A stretch of DNA of 64,000 nt. Origin: an uncultured Clostridia bacterium. Its GTDB lineage: Bacteria; Bacillota; Clostridia; TANB77; CAG-508. Positions within the stretch are counted from its first letter, which is position 1; every line of letters begins with the position of its first letter. A program made the translations under genes and the position numbers. Under the pieces are notes generated by a model that worked only from the letters and a program-made list of their open reading frames with translations, was not told the DNA's origin and ran no database searches. Below are positions 29,749 through 40,998 of the stretch, in pieces. The stretch is from the NCBI GenBank assembly GCA_947385375.1, contig CANDKR010000001.1, positions 1,333 to 65,332 on the forward strand, given 5' to 3'.

Positions 29749-30592
29749 AATTCTTTTAATTTACTTTTTGTCTGTTTGTATCCTATTTCATAAAGTTCGT
29801 CTAAGTGTTTTACATCTAATAAACCAACATTATTATGCTCAATTTCTATTAGATAATCTGTACCAAAAATCTCGTACTTTGCAAGTTCGTGGCACATTAC
29901 ACTAAAGGATTTATCTAATACTTCAATAAGGTTATGACAGCACCTCTTACCTTCAATATCTTTAAAAGTAATACTTAAAACTTTATCTGCTCCAACTCTT
30001 TTTAGTTCGCTCCAAGGTACATTTTCTGCAATACCACCATCAACTAAAAGTTCGCCTTTATAATTATATGGTGAAAATATACCGAGGATAACTACAACTT
30101 GCTCTTATTGCACCTGCAAGCTCAATATCATTTATATATTTTATTTTGGAATTACCCAAACCGCTTATGCTTTTTGAATAAAACACATACAAATCTTCTG
30201 TCTTAATATTTACAGCAGGTATTAGAAGAGGCATTTGAACTTCATCTATTGTCTTTATTCCTTTTGCATTTGTTATATCTTTAGCAAGATAATATATGGA
30301 ATTACCACTATTTAAGCCTGATACCATTATGTCTCTATGTAACACCAAGTCTTTCACAAATTTAAAAACATTTCTACTATCAAAATATTTAATATTTCTC
30401 GCATATTTTTTGAAAATATTATACATTTCTGTGGTAGTATAACCACAAGCATACATACTCGCTACTATACTGCCAGAAGAGGTTCCTGATATATAATCAA
30501 TTGAAACGCCTTCTTCTTGCAAAGCCTTTATTGCTCCTATATGTGCTACACCTTTTATTCCTCCGACCTGCTAAACTTAAACCTAATTTCAT
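29744..30592 (-). CDS. Patatin-like phospholipase. It requires two +1 shifts at in-frame CGG codons (plus 30563-30565 and 30082-30084)
   Basis: ggt C gga gga restores the GGGIKG oxyanion motif. GTSSGS is the GxSxG nucleophile. cct C ggt restores the DGG-containing C-terminus. Confidence 0.75.
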
Positions 30593-30625
30593 AAAAAATC
30601 ACCTAGAACATATTATTCTAGGTGA
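30593..30625 (-). promoter_or_regulatory. Hairpin TCACCTAGAA-n7-TTCTAGGTGA plus U6, immediately 5-prime of the patatin ATG. Its 3-prime arm is the SD (AGGTGA). It is a terminator or SD-sequestering element
   Basis: Read directly from the sequence. The anti-SD arm TCACCT pairs with the AGGTGA arm. It sits in the fabI-patatin intergenic region. Confidence 0.5.
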
Positions 30626-30717
30626 TAAGATTTTGTTACTATAAATACCAGTTTAACTGGTATTAGCCGCATAACCCAGTAAACTCTCTAGTTCTGCCAC
30701 TGACAGCGTGCGTTTAC

Positions 30718-31485
30718 TTAGCCCATGATATTATATCCGTTATCAGCATAAACTACTTGACCAGTAATTGCATCTGACATACTACTTAGCATAAATGCAA
30801 CTGTGTTACCTACTTGCTCTTTTGTTACATTTCTACGAAGAGGGGCTTTTTCCTCAACTATATCTAAGATTGAGTTAAAGTCTTTTATACCTTTAGCTGA
30901 AAGTGTTTTAATTGGTCCAGCAGATACTGCATTTACTCTAATTCCCATTGGTCCTAAATTGTCTGCTAAATATCTTACACTACATTCTAATGCTGCTTTT
31001 GCTACTCCCATTACATTATATCCTGGCAAAACTTTTGTAGAGCCATGATATGTAAGTGAAATTAAGCTTGCATTTTCATTTAACATATCCATATCTTTAG
31101 CAATTCTTGCAACTGCTACCATTGTATATGCACTGACATCAACTGCGTGTGTATAGCCTTCTTTACTAGTTTCTATAAAATCATTATGTAAGTCCTCAGT
31201 AAAAGCATGTGCAATGCAGTGAACTATTCCGTCTAATTTCCCGTAATCTGCTTTAATTTTTGTATATAAGTTTTCTATATCGCTATCTACTGAAGCATCA
31301 CAAGTATATGCTTTTGCACCTTCAAATTCAGAAATTAGTTCTTCTATTTTAGGTCTATTGTCTTCTCCCATAAATGTGAAGCATAATTTTGCACCTTGTT
31401 CAGATGCAGCTTTTGCAGCACCATAAGCAATACTCCATTTATTTCTAATTCCCATAATAAGAATTGTTTTGTCTTTTAAAATCAT
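30718..31485 (-). CDS. fabI: Enoyl-[acyl-carrier-protein] reductase (NADH), FabI
   Basis: SDR-type FabI with catalytic Tyr/Lys; last gene of the fab/acc cluster. Confidence 0.85.
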   Translation of the reverse strand: MILKDKTILIMGIRNKWSIAYGAAKAASEQGAKLCFTFMGEDNRPKIEELISEFEGAKAYTCDASVDSDIENLYTKIKADYGKLDGIVHCIAHAFTEDLHNDFIETSKEGYTHAVDVSAYTMVAVARIAKDMDMLNENASLISLTYHGSTKVLPGYNVMGVAKAALECSVRYLADNLGPMGIRVNAVSAGPIKTLSAKGIKDFNSILDIVEEKAPLRRNVTKEQVGNTVAFMLSSMSDAITGQVVYADNGYNIMG

Positions 31486-31495
31486 TTATTTATCC

Positions 31496-32450
31496 TCCCT
31501 AATATATTCACCCATATTTCTAAACTTTTGATAACGCTCATTTACAAGAGTGTCAACATCTTTAGCTTTTAGGTCTTTAGTAATTTCTATAATTCTTTGT
31601 TTTAAATTTTCTCCAACACTTTCTAAAGCAGTTCTTTCTACTCCACCGTATTGGCTCTTTAATTATTTCATCTATTACTTTAAAGCCATATAAATCCTCT
31701 GCTGTAAGTTTCATTTTTTCTGCCGCTTCTTCTTTTCTTGAGCCATCTTTCCAAAGGATACTTGCAAAACCTTCTGGACTTAACACTGAATAAACTGAAT
31801 TTTCAAGCATTAATATTTTATCTCCAACACCAATAGCTAGAGCGCCGCCACTTGATCCTTCTCCAATAACAATAACTATAATTGGAGTTTTTAATTTTGA
31901 CATTTCAAACATACTTCTAGCAATAGCTTCGCCTTGCCCTCTCTCCTCTGCTGTAATGCCTGGATAAGCTCCTTTTGTATCTATGAAAGTAATTATCGGT
32001 CTGCCGAATTTTTCTGCTTGTTTCATAAATCTTATACCTTTTTTATAGCTTTCTGGGTTTGGCATACCAAAATTTCTTTCGATATTTTCCTTAGTATTTC
32101 TGCCTTTTTGCTCAGCAACTATCGTATAATTTTGTTCACCAATTCTTGCTAAACCACACACCATTGACTTATCATCTGTAGAAGTTCTATCTCCATGTAA
32201 TTCCATAAACTCATCAAATATGTAATCAACATATTCCAAAGCTGTTGGTCTATTTGGAGATCTTGCAATTTCTACTTTTTCCCAAGCAGTAAGATTTCCG
32301 CTCACTAATTCTTTCTAAATTTTTAAGTCTCTTTTTTGCTTCCTCAATATCGCCTGTAACATCAATCATCTTGTCTTTATTTATATTTTCTAATTCTTTT
32401 ATTTCTTCTTTTAACTCTTTAATTTGTTCTTGAATTTTACTATTTGCCAA
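31496..32450 (-). CDS. accA: Acetyl-CoA carboxylase carboxyltransferase alpha subunit. It requires two +1 shifts at in-frame CGG codons (plus 32298-32300 and 31646-31648)
   Basis: gag C gga aat restores …ISEGNLTAWEKVEIARSPNRP. ata C ggt gga restores …KEPIGGVERTALE. Confidence 0.8.
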
Positions 32451-32462
32451 AATCTCACCACC

Positions 32463-33311
32463 TTACTTATTAAATTTTATAAGTTTATATAAAGTGTCCT
32501 TCATATCTTTTCTCTCAACGATTTTATCTATAAAACCATGTTCTAATAAAAATTCTGCTGTTTGGAAGCCATTTGGTAATTTTTGATTAATAGTTTGCTC
32601 GATTACTCTAGTTCCAGCAAAACCAATCATTGCTCCTGGTTCAGCTAAAATAACATCACCAAGTGTAGCAAAACTTGCAGTTACCCCGCCATAAGTAGGA
32701 TCTGTAAGAATTGATATATACAAAATTCCTGCTTCATTTGCTTTTGCAACTGCACTAGAAGTTTTAGCCATTTGCATTAATGATATTATTCCTTCTTGCA
32801 TTCTAGCTCCGCCAGATGCAGAGAATATAATAAGTGGAAGTTTTAACTCTATTGCTTTTTCAATAGAATAAGTTATTCTTTCTCCAACAACACTTCCCAT
32901 ACTTCCCATAAAGAAATTAGCATTCATAACGCAAATTACAGCTTCTTCGCCTTTTATTTTGCCAATACCACAATAAACAGCCTCTGTCATACCAGTTTTT
33001 TCTTGTAAACTTGTTAGTTTATCTATATATTCTGGCATATTTAAAGGATTAACAGTTTTTATATTTTGCAATTCTTCAAAAGGTTTAAAACTATCTTCGT
33101 CAGTTATTTGCCAAACTCTTCTTCTAGCAGATAATCTAAAGTGATAATTACAAAGTGGACAAACACTATTGTTTTCATGTAATTTATCTTTATAAATTAT
33201 TTCACCACATTTGTTGCATTTTACCCATTTCCCAACAGGTATATCTGCATGGCTAGAAGAAGCAGGTTCTTCGCCAATTGTAGACCTTTTCTTAATTTTA
33301 TCTATTATCAT
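32463..33311 (-). CDS. accD: Acetyl-CoA carboxylase carboxyltransferase beta subunit
   Basis: N-terminal Zn ribbon ([10 protein letters not shown]…CPLCNYH) plus the crotonase-like CT domain. Confidence 0.9.
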   Translation of the reverse strand: MIIDKIKKRSTIGEEPASSSHADIPVGKWVKCNKCGEIIYKDKLHENNSVCPLCNYHFRLSARRRVWQITDEDSFKPFEELQNIKTVNPLNMPEYIDKLTSLQEKTGMTEAVYCGIGKIKGEEAVICVMNANFFMGSMGSVVGERITYSIEKAIELKLPLIIFSASGGARMQEGIISLMQMAKTSSAVAKANEAGILYISILTDPTYGGVTASFATLGDVILAEPGAMIGFAGTRVIEQTINQKLPNGFQTAEFLLEHGFIDKIVERKDMKDTLYKLIKFNK

Positions 33312-33323
33312 AAATCCTTCCTT

Positions 33324-34669
33324 CTAGGCTAGATTTTCCTTCTTAATGAAAGAAGTATCATAATTACCTTTTTGAAAATTCTCATTATCTAAGATTTTAT
33401 ATAGGAAATCGATATTTGTATCAACTCCATCAATTACACACTCGTCTAAGGCTCTTTTCATTTTTATAATAGCCTCTTCCCTATCTTCTCCATGTACAAT
33501 TATTTTTGCAATCATAGAATCGTATGAAGCAGGGATTGTATAACCTGAATAAACTGCTGTATCAATCCTTATGCCATTTCCACCAGGTAAATTAAGTTCT
33601 TTTATTTGACCGTGGACTTGGTAAAAATCCTTTTTCTGGACTTTCTGCATTTATTCTACATTCAATACTTGCTCCGCGTGGTTGTATATCATTTTGAGTA
33701 AATCTTAATTTTTCACCTGAGGCAATTCTTATTTGCTCTTTTACTATATCAATTCCAGTTGCCATCTCTGTTACAGGATGTTCTACTTGAATTCTCGTAT
33801 TAACTTCCATAAAATAGAAATTTTTATTTTTATCAACTAAAAACTCTATTGTTCCAGCATTTGCATATTTAGAAGTTTTTATAGCATTTATAGCAGCTTC
33901 TCCCATCTTCTTTCTAAGTTTATCATCTAATGCCATTGATGGTGTTTCTTCAATAACTTTTTGATTTCTTCTTTGAACAGTACAATCTCTTTCTCCGAGA
34001 TATACTGCATTACCATATTCATCTGCTAAAATTTGCATTTCTACGTGTCTTGGATTTTCTACAAATTTTTCTATATATATTTCATCATCTCCAAAAAACG
34101 CTTTTGCCTCTTGTTTTACTAAATTATAGCAATCTTCTAAATCTTCTTTCTTAGTAACTAAACGAATAGCTTTTCCGCCACCGCCAGCGGCAGCTTTAAT
34201 CATTATTGGATAGCCAATTTTATCTGCAAGATCTACAGCTTCTTTATAACCTTTTATACTACCATCTGAACCTGGTACTACTGGCACTTTGGCTTTTTTC
34301 ATAAACTCTTTTGCATGTGATTTATTTCCCATTAAATCAATTATTTGATAAGATGGACCTATAAATTTTATATTACTTTCTTCGCACATTTTAGCAAAAT
34401 CAGCATTCTCAGATAAAAAGCCAAAACCGTGGATGTATACTATCTGCGTGAGTTAAGCAAGCTGCTTCTAATATATTTTTAATATTCAAATAACTCTTTT
34501 TTGAAGGCGCAGGGCCTATGCAAACAGCTTCATCAGCAAGTCTTGTATGTAAGGCATCTTTATCTGCTTCTGAATATACAGCAACAGTTTTGATACCAAG
34601 TTCTCTACAAGCTCTAATTATTCTAATCGCTATTTCTCCACGATTTGCTACTAATACTTTATTTAGCAT
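33324..34669 (-). CDS. accC: Acetyl-CoA carboxylase biotin carboxylase subunit. It requires two +1 shifts at in-frame CGG codons (plus 34427-34429 and 33610-33612)
   Basis: cca C ggt ttt restores [11 protein letters not shown]. cca C ggt caa restores …LPSPGQIKEL. Confidence 0.85.
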
Positions 34670-34675
34670 TTAAAA

Positions 34676-35113
34676 CTACTCTCCTTTATTATCCACTACC
34701 GCAAAAGTAAGCTCACCTTTAGCTGCAACTTTTCCATCAACTGTAGCAACCGCTTCACCTACTCCTATTGGTCCTTTTTGTTTTATAATCTTAACTTCTA
34801 ATTTCAAAGTATCACCAGGTACTACTGTTTTTTTAAAACGTAATTTATCTATTCCACCAAACAAAGCATTTTTTCCTTTATTTTCTTCCATAGATAAAAT
34901 CGCAACAGCACCAGTTTGCGCTAAAGCCTCTACAATTAGTACTCCTGGCATAATTGGTTGACCTGGAAAATGCCCTGCAAAATGAGGTTCATTTATACAT
35001 ACATTCTTATAAGCTATGCAGCTTTGCCCCGGCACATATTCCTCAACTCTATCTATCATTAAAAATGGAGCTCTTTGAGGAATTATTTTCATAATTTCAT
35101 TTATATCTAACAT
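34676..35113 (-). CDS. fabZ: 3-hydroxyacyl-ACP dehydratase FabZ
   Basis: Hotdog fold; [19 protein letters not shown] motif. Confidence 0.9.
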   Translation of the reverse strand: MLDINEIMKIIPQRAPFLMIDRVEEYVPGQSCIAYKNVCINEPHFAGHFPGQPIMPGVLIVEALAQTGAVAILSMEENKGKNALFGGIDKLRFKKTVVPGDTLKLEVKIIKQKGPIGVGEAVATVDGKVAAKGELTFAVVDNKGE

Positions 35114-35124
35114 ATTTTACCTCA

Positions 35125-35568
35125 CTATTTAATGATAAATAATGGTTGTCCGTATTCTACCATATCATCATCTTTTACTAAGATTTCTACTACTTCACCA
35201 TCAAATTCACTTTCGATTTCATTCATAAGCTTCATAGCTTCAATTATGCAAAGTGTATCACCTTTTTTTACTTTACTTCCAACAGTAACAAAGCTATCGG
35301 CAGTTGGTGCAGATTTTGAATAAAAAGTTCCTACCATTGGAGATTTTACAACATTTCCTTCTTGTTTTTGTTCTTGAACTACTAAATCAGCAGGTGCTTT
35401 AACTGCTGGGCTATTAACTTCTTGTACCATTGGAACTGGACTTGATAATTTAAGTCCACTATCTTTTTTCATACTAATTTTTATTCCGTCTGGAAATTCA
35501 ATTTCTATCTCAGATAATTTTGAGTTTCCCATATCGTCCATTAATTTTTTTATTTCATCATAATTCAT
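35125..35568 (-). CDS. accB: Biotin carboxyl carrier protein of acetyl-CoA carboxylase
   Basis: Biotinyl domain with EAMKLMN. Confidence 0.9.
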   Translation of the reverse strand: MNYDEIKKLMDDMGNSKLSEIEIEFPDGIKISMKKDSGLKLSSPVPMVQEVNSPAVKAPADLVVQEQKQEGNVVKSPMVGTFYSKSAPTADSFVTVGSKVKKGDTLCIIEAMKLMNEIESEFDGEVVEILVKDDDMVEYGQPLFIIK

Positions 35569-35634
35569 ATCAATAATTCCTTTCTATATAGGGTATTATT
35601 ATATCATTTTTTTCTTATCTTTTCAAGCTTTTGA

Positions 35635-36870
35635 CTAATCTACATACTTTTTGAAAATAATAGAACTATTGTGTCCACCAAAGCCTAAAGAATTTGACAT
35701 TGCATATTCTACTTTATGCTCTCTTGCTTTGTTTGGAACAATATCTAAATCACATTCTTCATCAGGTACTTGATAATTTATTGTAGGTGGTACAATGTTA
35801 CTTTCAATTGCTTTTACACAAACAATCGCTTCAACTCCACCAGCAGCACCAAGCAAGTGTCCTGTGTGACCTTTAGTAGAACTCATCATAACTGTTTTTG
35901 AAGCCTCGCCAAAAGCTGCTTTTACTGCTGAAGTCTCACCACTATCGTTAAGATGTGTTGATGTTCCATGTGCATTAATGTATGTTATATCTTCTGGTTT
36001 AATATTTGCATCTTTCATAGCAGTTACCATTGCTCTTGCACCGCCTTCTCCACCTGGCGCAGGTGCTGTTATATGGTAAGCATCAGAGCTTGCAGCATAT
36101 CCAACCATTTCAGCATATATTTTAGCTCCTCTTTTCTTAGCATGTTCTAATTCTTCTAAGATTATTACTCCACAGCCTTCACCCATTACAAATCCAGATC
36201 TCTCTTTATCAAATGGAATGCTTGCTCTATTTTTATCAGTAGCTTGTGAAAGTGCTTTTATATTTGTAAAACCAGCAATTCCAGTTTCATTAACAGAAGC
36301 TTCTGTTCCACCAGCAATCATTATATCTTGATATCCATGACGAATAATTCTAAAAGCTTCTCCAATTGCATGTGTTCCACTAGCGCAAGCTGTTGTCATA
36401 CAAAAACTTTCTCCTTTTGCACCAACATCAATTGAAACATTTCCAGAAGCCATATTGCTTATTGCCATTGGTATAAACATTGGAGATACTCTGTCTGGAC
36501 CTTTTTCCCATAAAGTTCCAATATCTTTTTGCATTGTTTGAAGTCCACCAATACCAGAAGCAATTGCAACACCAAAACGTGTAGCGTCTATTTCTTCCAC
36601 ATTTATTTTTGCATCTTTTACAGCTTCTCTTGAGGCAATCATAGCAAATTGAGCATATCTGTCAATTCTTTTTGCAGATTTTTTATCTAGAATATTTTCA
36701 ACATCTAAGTCCTTTGCCTCTCCTGCAAGTTTCACTTTGAAATTAGTAGTATCAAAGGATTTAATCTCATCAATACCACATTTTGCTTCTACTATTCCCT
36801 TCCAAAAATCTTCTACATTATTTCCAATAGGAGTAACTGCTCCTAAACCTGTAATAACAACTCTTTTCAT
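35635..36870 (-). CDS. fabF: 3-oxoacyl-ACP synthase II
   Basis: KAS II with active-site Cys (ACASG) and His/His motifs. Confidence 0.92.
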   Translation of the reverse strand: MKRVVITGLGAVTPIGNNVEDFWKGIVEAKCGIDEIKSFDTTNFKVKLAGEAKDLDVENILDKKSAKRIDRYAQFAMIASREAVKDAKINVEEIDATRFGVAIASGIGGLQTMQKDIGTLWEKGPDRVSPMFIPMAISNMASGNVSIDVGAKGESFCMTTACASGTHAIGEAFRIIRHGYQDIMIAGGTEASVNETGIAGFTNIKALSQATDKNRASIPFDKERSGFVMGEGCGVIILEELEHAKKRGAKIYAEMVGYAASSDAYHITAPAPGGEGGARAMVTAMKDANIKPEDITYINAHGTSTHLNDSGETSAVKAAFGEASKTVMMSSTKGHTGHLLGAAGGVEAIVCVKAIESNIVPPTINYQVPDEECDLDIVPNKAREHKVEYAMSNSLGFGGHNSSIIFKKYVD

Positions 36871-36904
36871 ATTTTCCTCTCCATTCTAAATTTTGATATT
36901 ATGC

Positions 36905-36993
36905 GAGCAGTACAAGGCAGCAGTCTACAAAAAGGCAAGGGCGCGTACGAATTGTACGTAACCGCGTTTTTGTAGACGATAACGCAGTAATGC
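36905..36993 (-). other. GC-rich nested hairpin element in the fabG-fabF intergenic spacer. The outer 11-bp stem GTCTACAAAAA/TTTTTGTAGAC encloses a CG-rich inner stem
   Basis: Read directly from the sequence. About 50% GC in an otherwise 25-30% GC spacer; no U-run follows; acpP is absent here. Confidence 0.45.
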
Positions 36994-37012
36994 GATGCAT
37001 AAGATTAAAATT

Positions 37013-37753
37013 TTACATCACCATTCCGCCATCAACATTAATAACTTGCCCCGTAATATAACTACTATCTTCTGAAGCTAAGAACTTAACAACTTTTGCA
37101 ATATCCTCAGCTGTTCCCATTTTCTTAAGTGGTATTTGATTATTTATATTTTCCTTAACACTATCTGATAAAACACTAGTCATATCTGTTGCAATAAATC
37201 CTGGTGCTACTGCATTTACTAAAATATTACGACTAGCTACTTCTTTTGCTAAACTTTTTGTGAAACCTATTATTCCTGCTTTTGAAGCTGAATAATTTGT
37301 TTGACCTGCATTTCCTGCAACACCTACAACTGATGAGATACTAATTATTCTACCTGATTTTTGTTTAACCATTTGTGGTATAACATTTCTAGTCATATTA
37401 AAAGTTCCAACTAAATTTGTATCTATTACTTTTTCAAAATCTTCTTTTGCCATTCTCATTAAAAGTCCATCTTTTGTAATTCCTGCATTATTTACTAGAA
37501 CATCAATTTTTCCAAATTCATTAATAGTTTCTTGTGCAATTTTTTCTGTTTCTTCAAAATGTGTAACATCTCCTTGAACTAAAAAACATTTTACTCCACA
37601 TTCTTCAATTTCTTTTTGTAAATTATCTACTTCATCTGATTTTGTTCTAAAATTCAATGAAATGTCATAACCATTTTTAGCCATTGTAAGCGCTATTTCT
37701 CTTCCTATACCTCTTGCTGCACCTGTAACTAATACTACTTTTCTATCTCCCAT
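37013..37753 (-). CDS. fabG: 3-oxoacyl-ACP reductase
   Basis: SDR fold with TGAARGIG. Confidence 0.92.
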   Translation of the reverse strand: MGDRKVVLVTGAARGIGREIALTMAKNGYDISLNFRTKSDEVDNLQKEIEECGVKCFLVQGDVTHFEETEKIAQETINEFGKIDVLVNNAGITKDGLLMRMAKEDFEKVIDTNLVGTFNMTRNVIPQMVKQKSGRIISISSVVGVAGNAGQTNYSASKAGIIGFTKSLAKEVASRNILVNAVAPGFIATDMTSVLSDSVKENINNQIPLKKMGTAEDIAKVVKFLASEDSSYITGQVINVDGGMVM

Positions 37754-37756
37754 TTT

Positions 37757-38689
37757 CTACTCTCCTTTTAATTCAGAAATTGCTTGTTCTAAGCTTTCTT
37801 TGCTATTTATATTTATAAGTTTTACTTCTCTACTAACTCTTTTTACTAAACTTGTTAGCACTCTACCAGGTCCAATTTCTACAAAAGTATCAACTCCATC
37901 AGCTATCATATTACTAATTATTCCTGAAAAATGTACTGGACTTTTAGTATGAGCTGTTAGTATTTCTACTATATTATCTTCTGTGGTATATTCTTTGCTA
38001 TCAAGGTTTTTATATACTTTTATGTTTGGCATTTTTATATTAATTTTTGAAAGCTCATCATGTAGAATATCTGCTGCTTTTTCCATTTTCTCTGTATGGA
38101 AAGGACCTTTTGCATTAAATATACTTACCTTTTTAGCTCCAAGTGCTTTTGCTTTTTCATCTAGCTCAGCAATGCCTTCACTACTTCCAGCAGCCACTAC
38201 TTGACCTGGACAATTATAATTTGCAGGAACAACAAAACCTTTAGTAACATTCTTGCAAGCTTTTTCTGCTTCTTCATCTGGTAATCCTAAAATTCCTGCC
38301 ATTTGCCAATTTCCTTCTGGAATATTAGCTTCCATTATTTCGCCTCGTTTAGCAACCAACTTTACACCAGTTTCAATATCAAAACATCCTGCATAAGTTA
38401 ACGCTGTGTACTCACCAAGACTTAAACCTGCTATTTCTTCAGCTTCTATTCCATTTGCTTTAAGAATTTCTAAAATTCCTAAGCACATTGTATATATTGT
38501 AATTTGAGAATTATTCGTTTGAGCTAAAATCTCATCTGATGAATTGAAAGTTAACTCTGCTACATCTATACCAGTAGCTTTTTGTACTTTTTCATATAAA
38601 TTTCTTATTTCTTCATAAGCTTCATACAAGTCTTTTCCCATTCCTACGCTTTGTGCACCTTGACCTGAGAATAAAAAACCAATTTTCAT
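37757..38689 (-). CDS. fabD: Malonyl CoA-ACP transacylase
   Basis: FSGQGAQ N-terminus; GLSLGEY active-site Ser. Confidence 0.92.
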   Translation of the reverse strand: MKIGFLFSGQGAQSVGMGKDLYEAYEEIRNLYEKVQKATGIDVAELTFNSSDEILAQTNNSQITIYTMCLGILEILKANGIEAEEIAGLSLGEYTALTYAGCFDIETGVKLVAKRGEIMEANIPEGNWQMAGILGLPDEEAEKACKNVTKGFVVPANYNCPGQVVAAGSSEGIAELDEKAKALGAKKVSIFNAKGPFHTEKMEKAADILHDELSKINIKMPNIKVYKNLDSKEYTTEDNIVEILTAHTKSPVHFSGIISNMIADGVDTFVEIGPGRVLTSLVKRVSREVKLININSKESLEQAISELKGE

Positions 38690-38809
38690 TTTTACACCTC
38701 TCTAGTTTTTTTCATCTTTAACATTATACTATAAAACTATTTTAAATAAAATATGATAGGTGGTCAGTTTTTTACATTTATATTTACTAGTTTTTAAAAC
38801 TAAATAAGA

Positions 38810-38853
38810 ATAATTTAAAAATTCGAGCCCAAGATCTTTAATCTAAGGCTCGA
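38810..38853 (-). terminator. Terminator downstream of the carboxypeptidase gene (TCGAGCC..GGCTCGA stem plus a U-run)
   Basis: Minus-strand hairpin followed by ATTTTTAAATTATTC. Confidence 0.5.
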
Positions 38854-38858
38854 TACCT

Positions 38859-40070
38859 TTATCTTAATAAGTTAATCCAAGCATCAGTAATACGTGTATA
38901 CATTGAAAGTACTGACATCTTGCTAATATCTTTTTCAGCTACTAAGTTAACACTATCTAAAAGCTGACCATCTAAATAGAAATGTACAGTTCCTAGCACA
39001 TCACCTTTTACAATTGGCGCAGAAATATTGTCATTAATAACAACTTCTTGTTCTATGCTTGAAGCATTTGATTTTTGTACTAGAATTCCATTATCTTTCT
39101 CATATACTAGGTTCAGTTCTTTTTCTACACCTTTATTTACATTTACTGTCTGAACTACATTATCTTTAGTACTAGTTTTTTCAAATTTAAAGTTAGTAAA
39201 TCCGTAGTCTAATAATTTTTTCGCATCTCTAAAACGTATCTCACTAGTTGGTCCTCTCATTACCACACTAATTAATGATAAGTCATCTCTTGTGGCAGAA
39301 GCTGACAAATTATATAAAGCAAGACTTGTAGAACCTGTTTTTAAACCTGTACAACCTTGATAATTTCTTACTAATTTATTTGTATTTACTAAGCTAGATT
39401 TCCCATCTCTTAATGAATCCATCCATATTGTTGTATATTTTTTTACATTAGGATGATTTTGCAAAAGCTCTCTAGACATAAGTGCAATATCATAAGCACT
39501 TGTAATATGCCCATCTTCATCAATGCCATGACAGTTTTTAAAAACAGTATCATTCATACCTAAAGCTTTTGCTTTTTCATTCATTAGCCCTACAAATACC
39601 TCTTCTGAGCCTGCTAAAAATTCTGCTAAACACATTGCACAATCATTTGCAGATACCACACAAACTGCCTTTAGCATTTCATCTACTGTTAAAGTTTCTC
39701 TTGTATCTAACCAAATTTGTGAACCACCCATTGCACTTGCATTTTCTGAACAAGGTACAGTATCTTCTAAAGAAATTTTTCCACTATCTAATGCTTCCAT
39801 GGTAAGAAGTATCGTCATAATTTTTGTAACACTTGCAGGACGTAACTGTTCATGAGAATTCTTCTCATATAATACCTTTCCTGTCGTTTGTTCAATTAAA
39901 ACACAGCTTTCACTTTCAATATTCAAAAAATTCTCTCCTAACGCTTCTGCATTTGCTTTTTCTATTGCCTCAGTCTCAGACCATACAGGTAATGCTAAAT
40001 CTAAACCATAAGATACATTTGATATACAAAGTACAAATAATATAAAACTTGCTAAAATTTTCTTATTCAT
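38859..40070 (-). CDS. Serine-type D-Ala-D-Ala carboxypeptidase (PBP5/DacB-like). The start is MNKKIL at 40070
   Basis: Signal peptide; SVTKIMT (SxxK), SAND and KTG motifs; RBS GGGAGGAAAT. Confidence 0.85.
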   Translation of the reverse strand: MNKKILASFILFVLCISNVSYGLDLALPVWSETEAIEKANAEALGENFLNIESESCVLIEQTTGKVLYEKNSHEQLRPASVTKIMTILLTMEALDSGKISLEDTVPCSENASAMGGSQIWLDTRETLTVDEMLKAVCVVSANDCAMCLAEFLAGSEEVFVGLMNEKAKALGMNDTVFKNCHGIDEDGHITSAYDIALMSRELLQNHPNVKKYTTIWMDSLRDGKSSLVNTNKLVRNYQGCTGLKTGSTSLALYNLSASATRDDLSLISVVMRGPTSEIRFRDAKKLLDYGFTNFKFEKTSTKDNVVQTVNVNKGVEKELNLVYEKDNGILVQKSNASSIEQEVVINDNISAPIVKGDVLGTVHFYLDGQLLDSVNLVAEKDISKMSVLSMYTRITDAWINLLR

Positions 40071-40182
40071 ATTTCCTCCCCAAAACAAAAAAATAATTTT
40101 GTACATTGTATGCACAAAATCATTTTTTATCACATATCTTATTGTCTTAGATAATATTTCTATTGAATTTTACTTTTACATA

Positions 40183-40998
40183 TTATTTTACAATTTTATC
40201 AAAGTAATAATTATCTCCTGATTTTTCAAAAGTATATTTATAAACGCCAACTTGACCATCGTAAGTTACTTCAAAAGTTAGTTTGTTTCCTACCTCATAA
40301 GCATTTGTTATTTTATAGTTTGCCTTAATGCTTGGAATTACTGTGGCACTTTCTGCTATATAAGTATCATTAAAATACAAAAATTTTAAATTTTCATATT
40401 CAAAAACTGTATTTTCTAAACTTACCTTATCACCACATACATTTTGGAAAGCTTCTAATAAACTGCCACTATCAAATGTTAAAACTTCTCCATTGATAGT
40501 TTTTTTGTCTTCTTTTAAATTTTTATACGCAATTTTTAGTTTCAAAGTATTTGTCATATTATCTTTTGAAGCACCATTTTCAATTTCTTGTAACATATTT
40601 GGAACTTGCATATTTTCTACTAAGTCACCGTAATTTTTTATGTAATAATCTTTATTTTTAACTTCTTCTTGTTTTGAGCTTTCCACTACTTCAGTTTGTA
40701 CTGGTAAATTTTTGTTAAAATATCCTATATCATATAAACAATATCCTAAATAAGCTATTATTGCAATTAAAAGAATAATTACAATATCTCTTCTAATAAT
40801 CTTACCAGTTTTTCCTCTTATCAATTTTTTGGCTTCTAAATCAACTCTTTTTTGAACGCTAGTTTCAATTTGCTTGTCCATTTCTTTTTTGAATTCTTCA
40901 AACATTTCTTTTTTCTTGTCATTAATTTGACTATCAATTTCTTCTAAAATTTTTTTCACATCTTTATCTTTTGTAATATCATCTTTTTTATTCGCCAT
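40183..40998 (-). CDS. Hypothetical membrane protein with an N-terminal coiled coil. The start is MANKKDD at 40998
   Basis: RBS AAAGGAG; single TM; no known domain. Confidence 0.5.
   Translation of the reverse strand: MANKKDDITKDKDVKKILEEIDSQINDKKKEMFEEFKKEMDKQIETSVQKRVDLEAKKLIRGKTGKIIRRDIVIILLIAIIAYLGYCLYDIGYFNKNLPVQTEVVESSKQEEVKNKDYYIKNYGDLVENMQVPNMLQEIENGASKDNMTNTLKLKIAYKNLKEDKKTINGEVLTFDSGSLLEAFQNVCGDKVSLENTVFEYENLKFLYFNDTYIAESATVIPSIKANYKITNAYEVGNKLTFEVTYDGQVGVYKYTFEKSGDNYYFDKIVK

Noticed and set aside
36871-37012. acpP between fabG and fabF
   Set aside because: The spacer is only about 140 nt and has no ORF with the DSL phosphopantetheine motif. Many Clostridia place acpP elsewhere.
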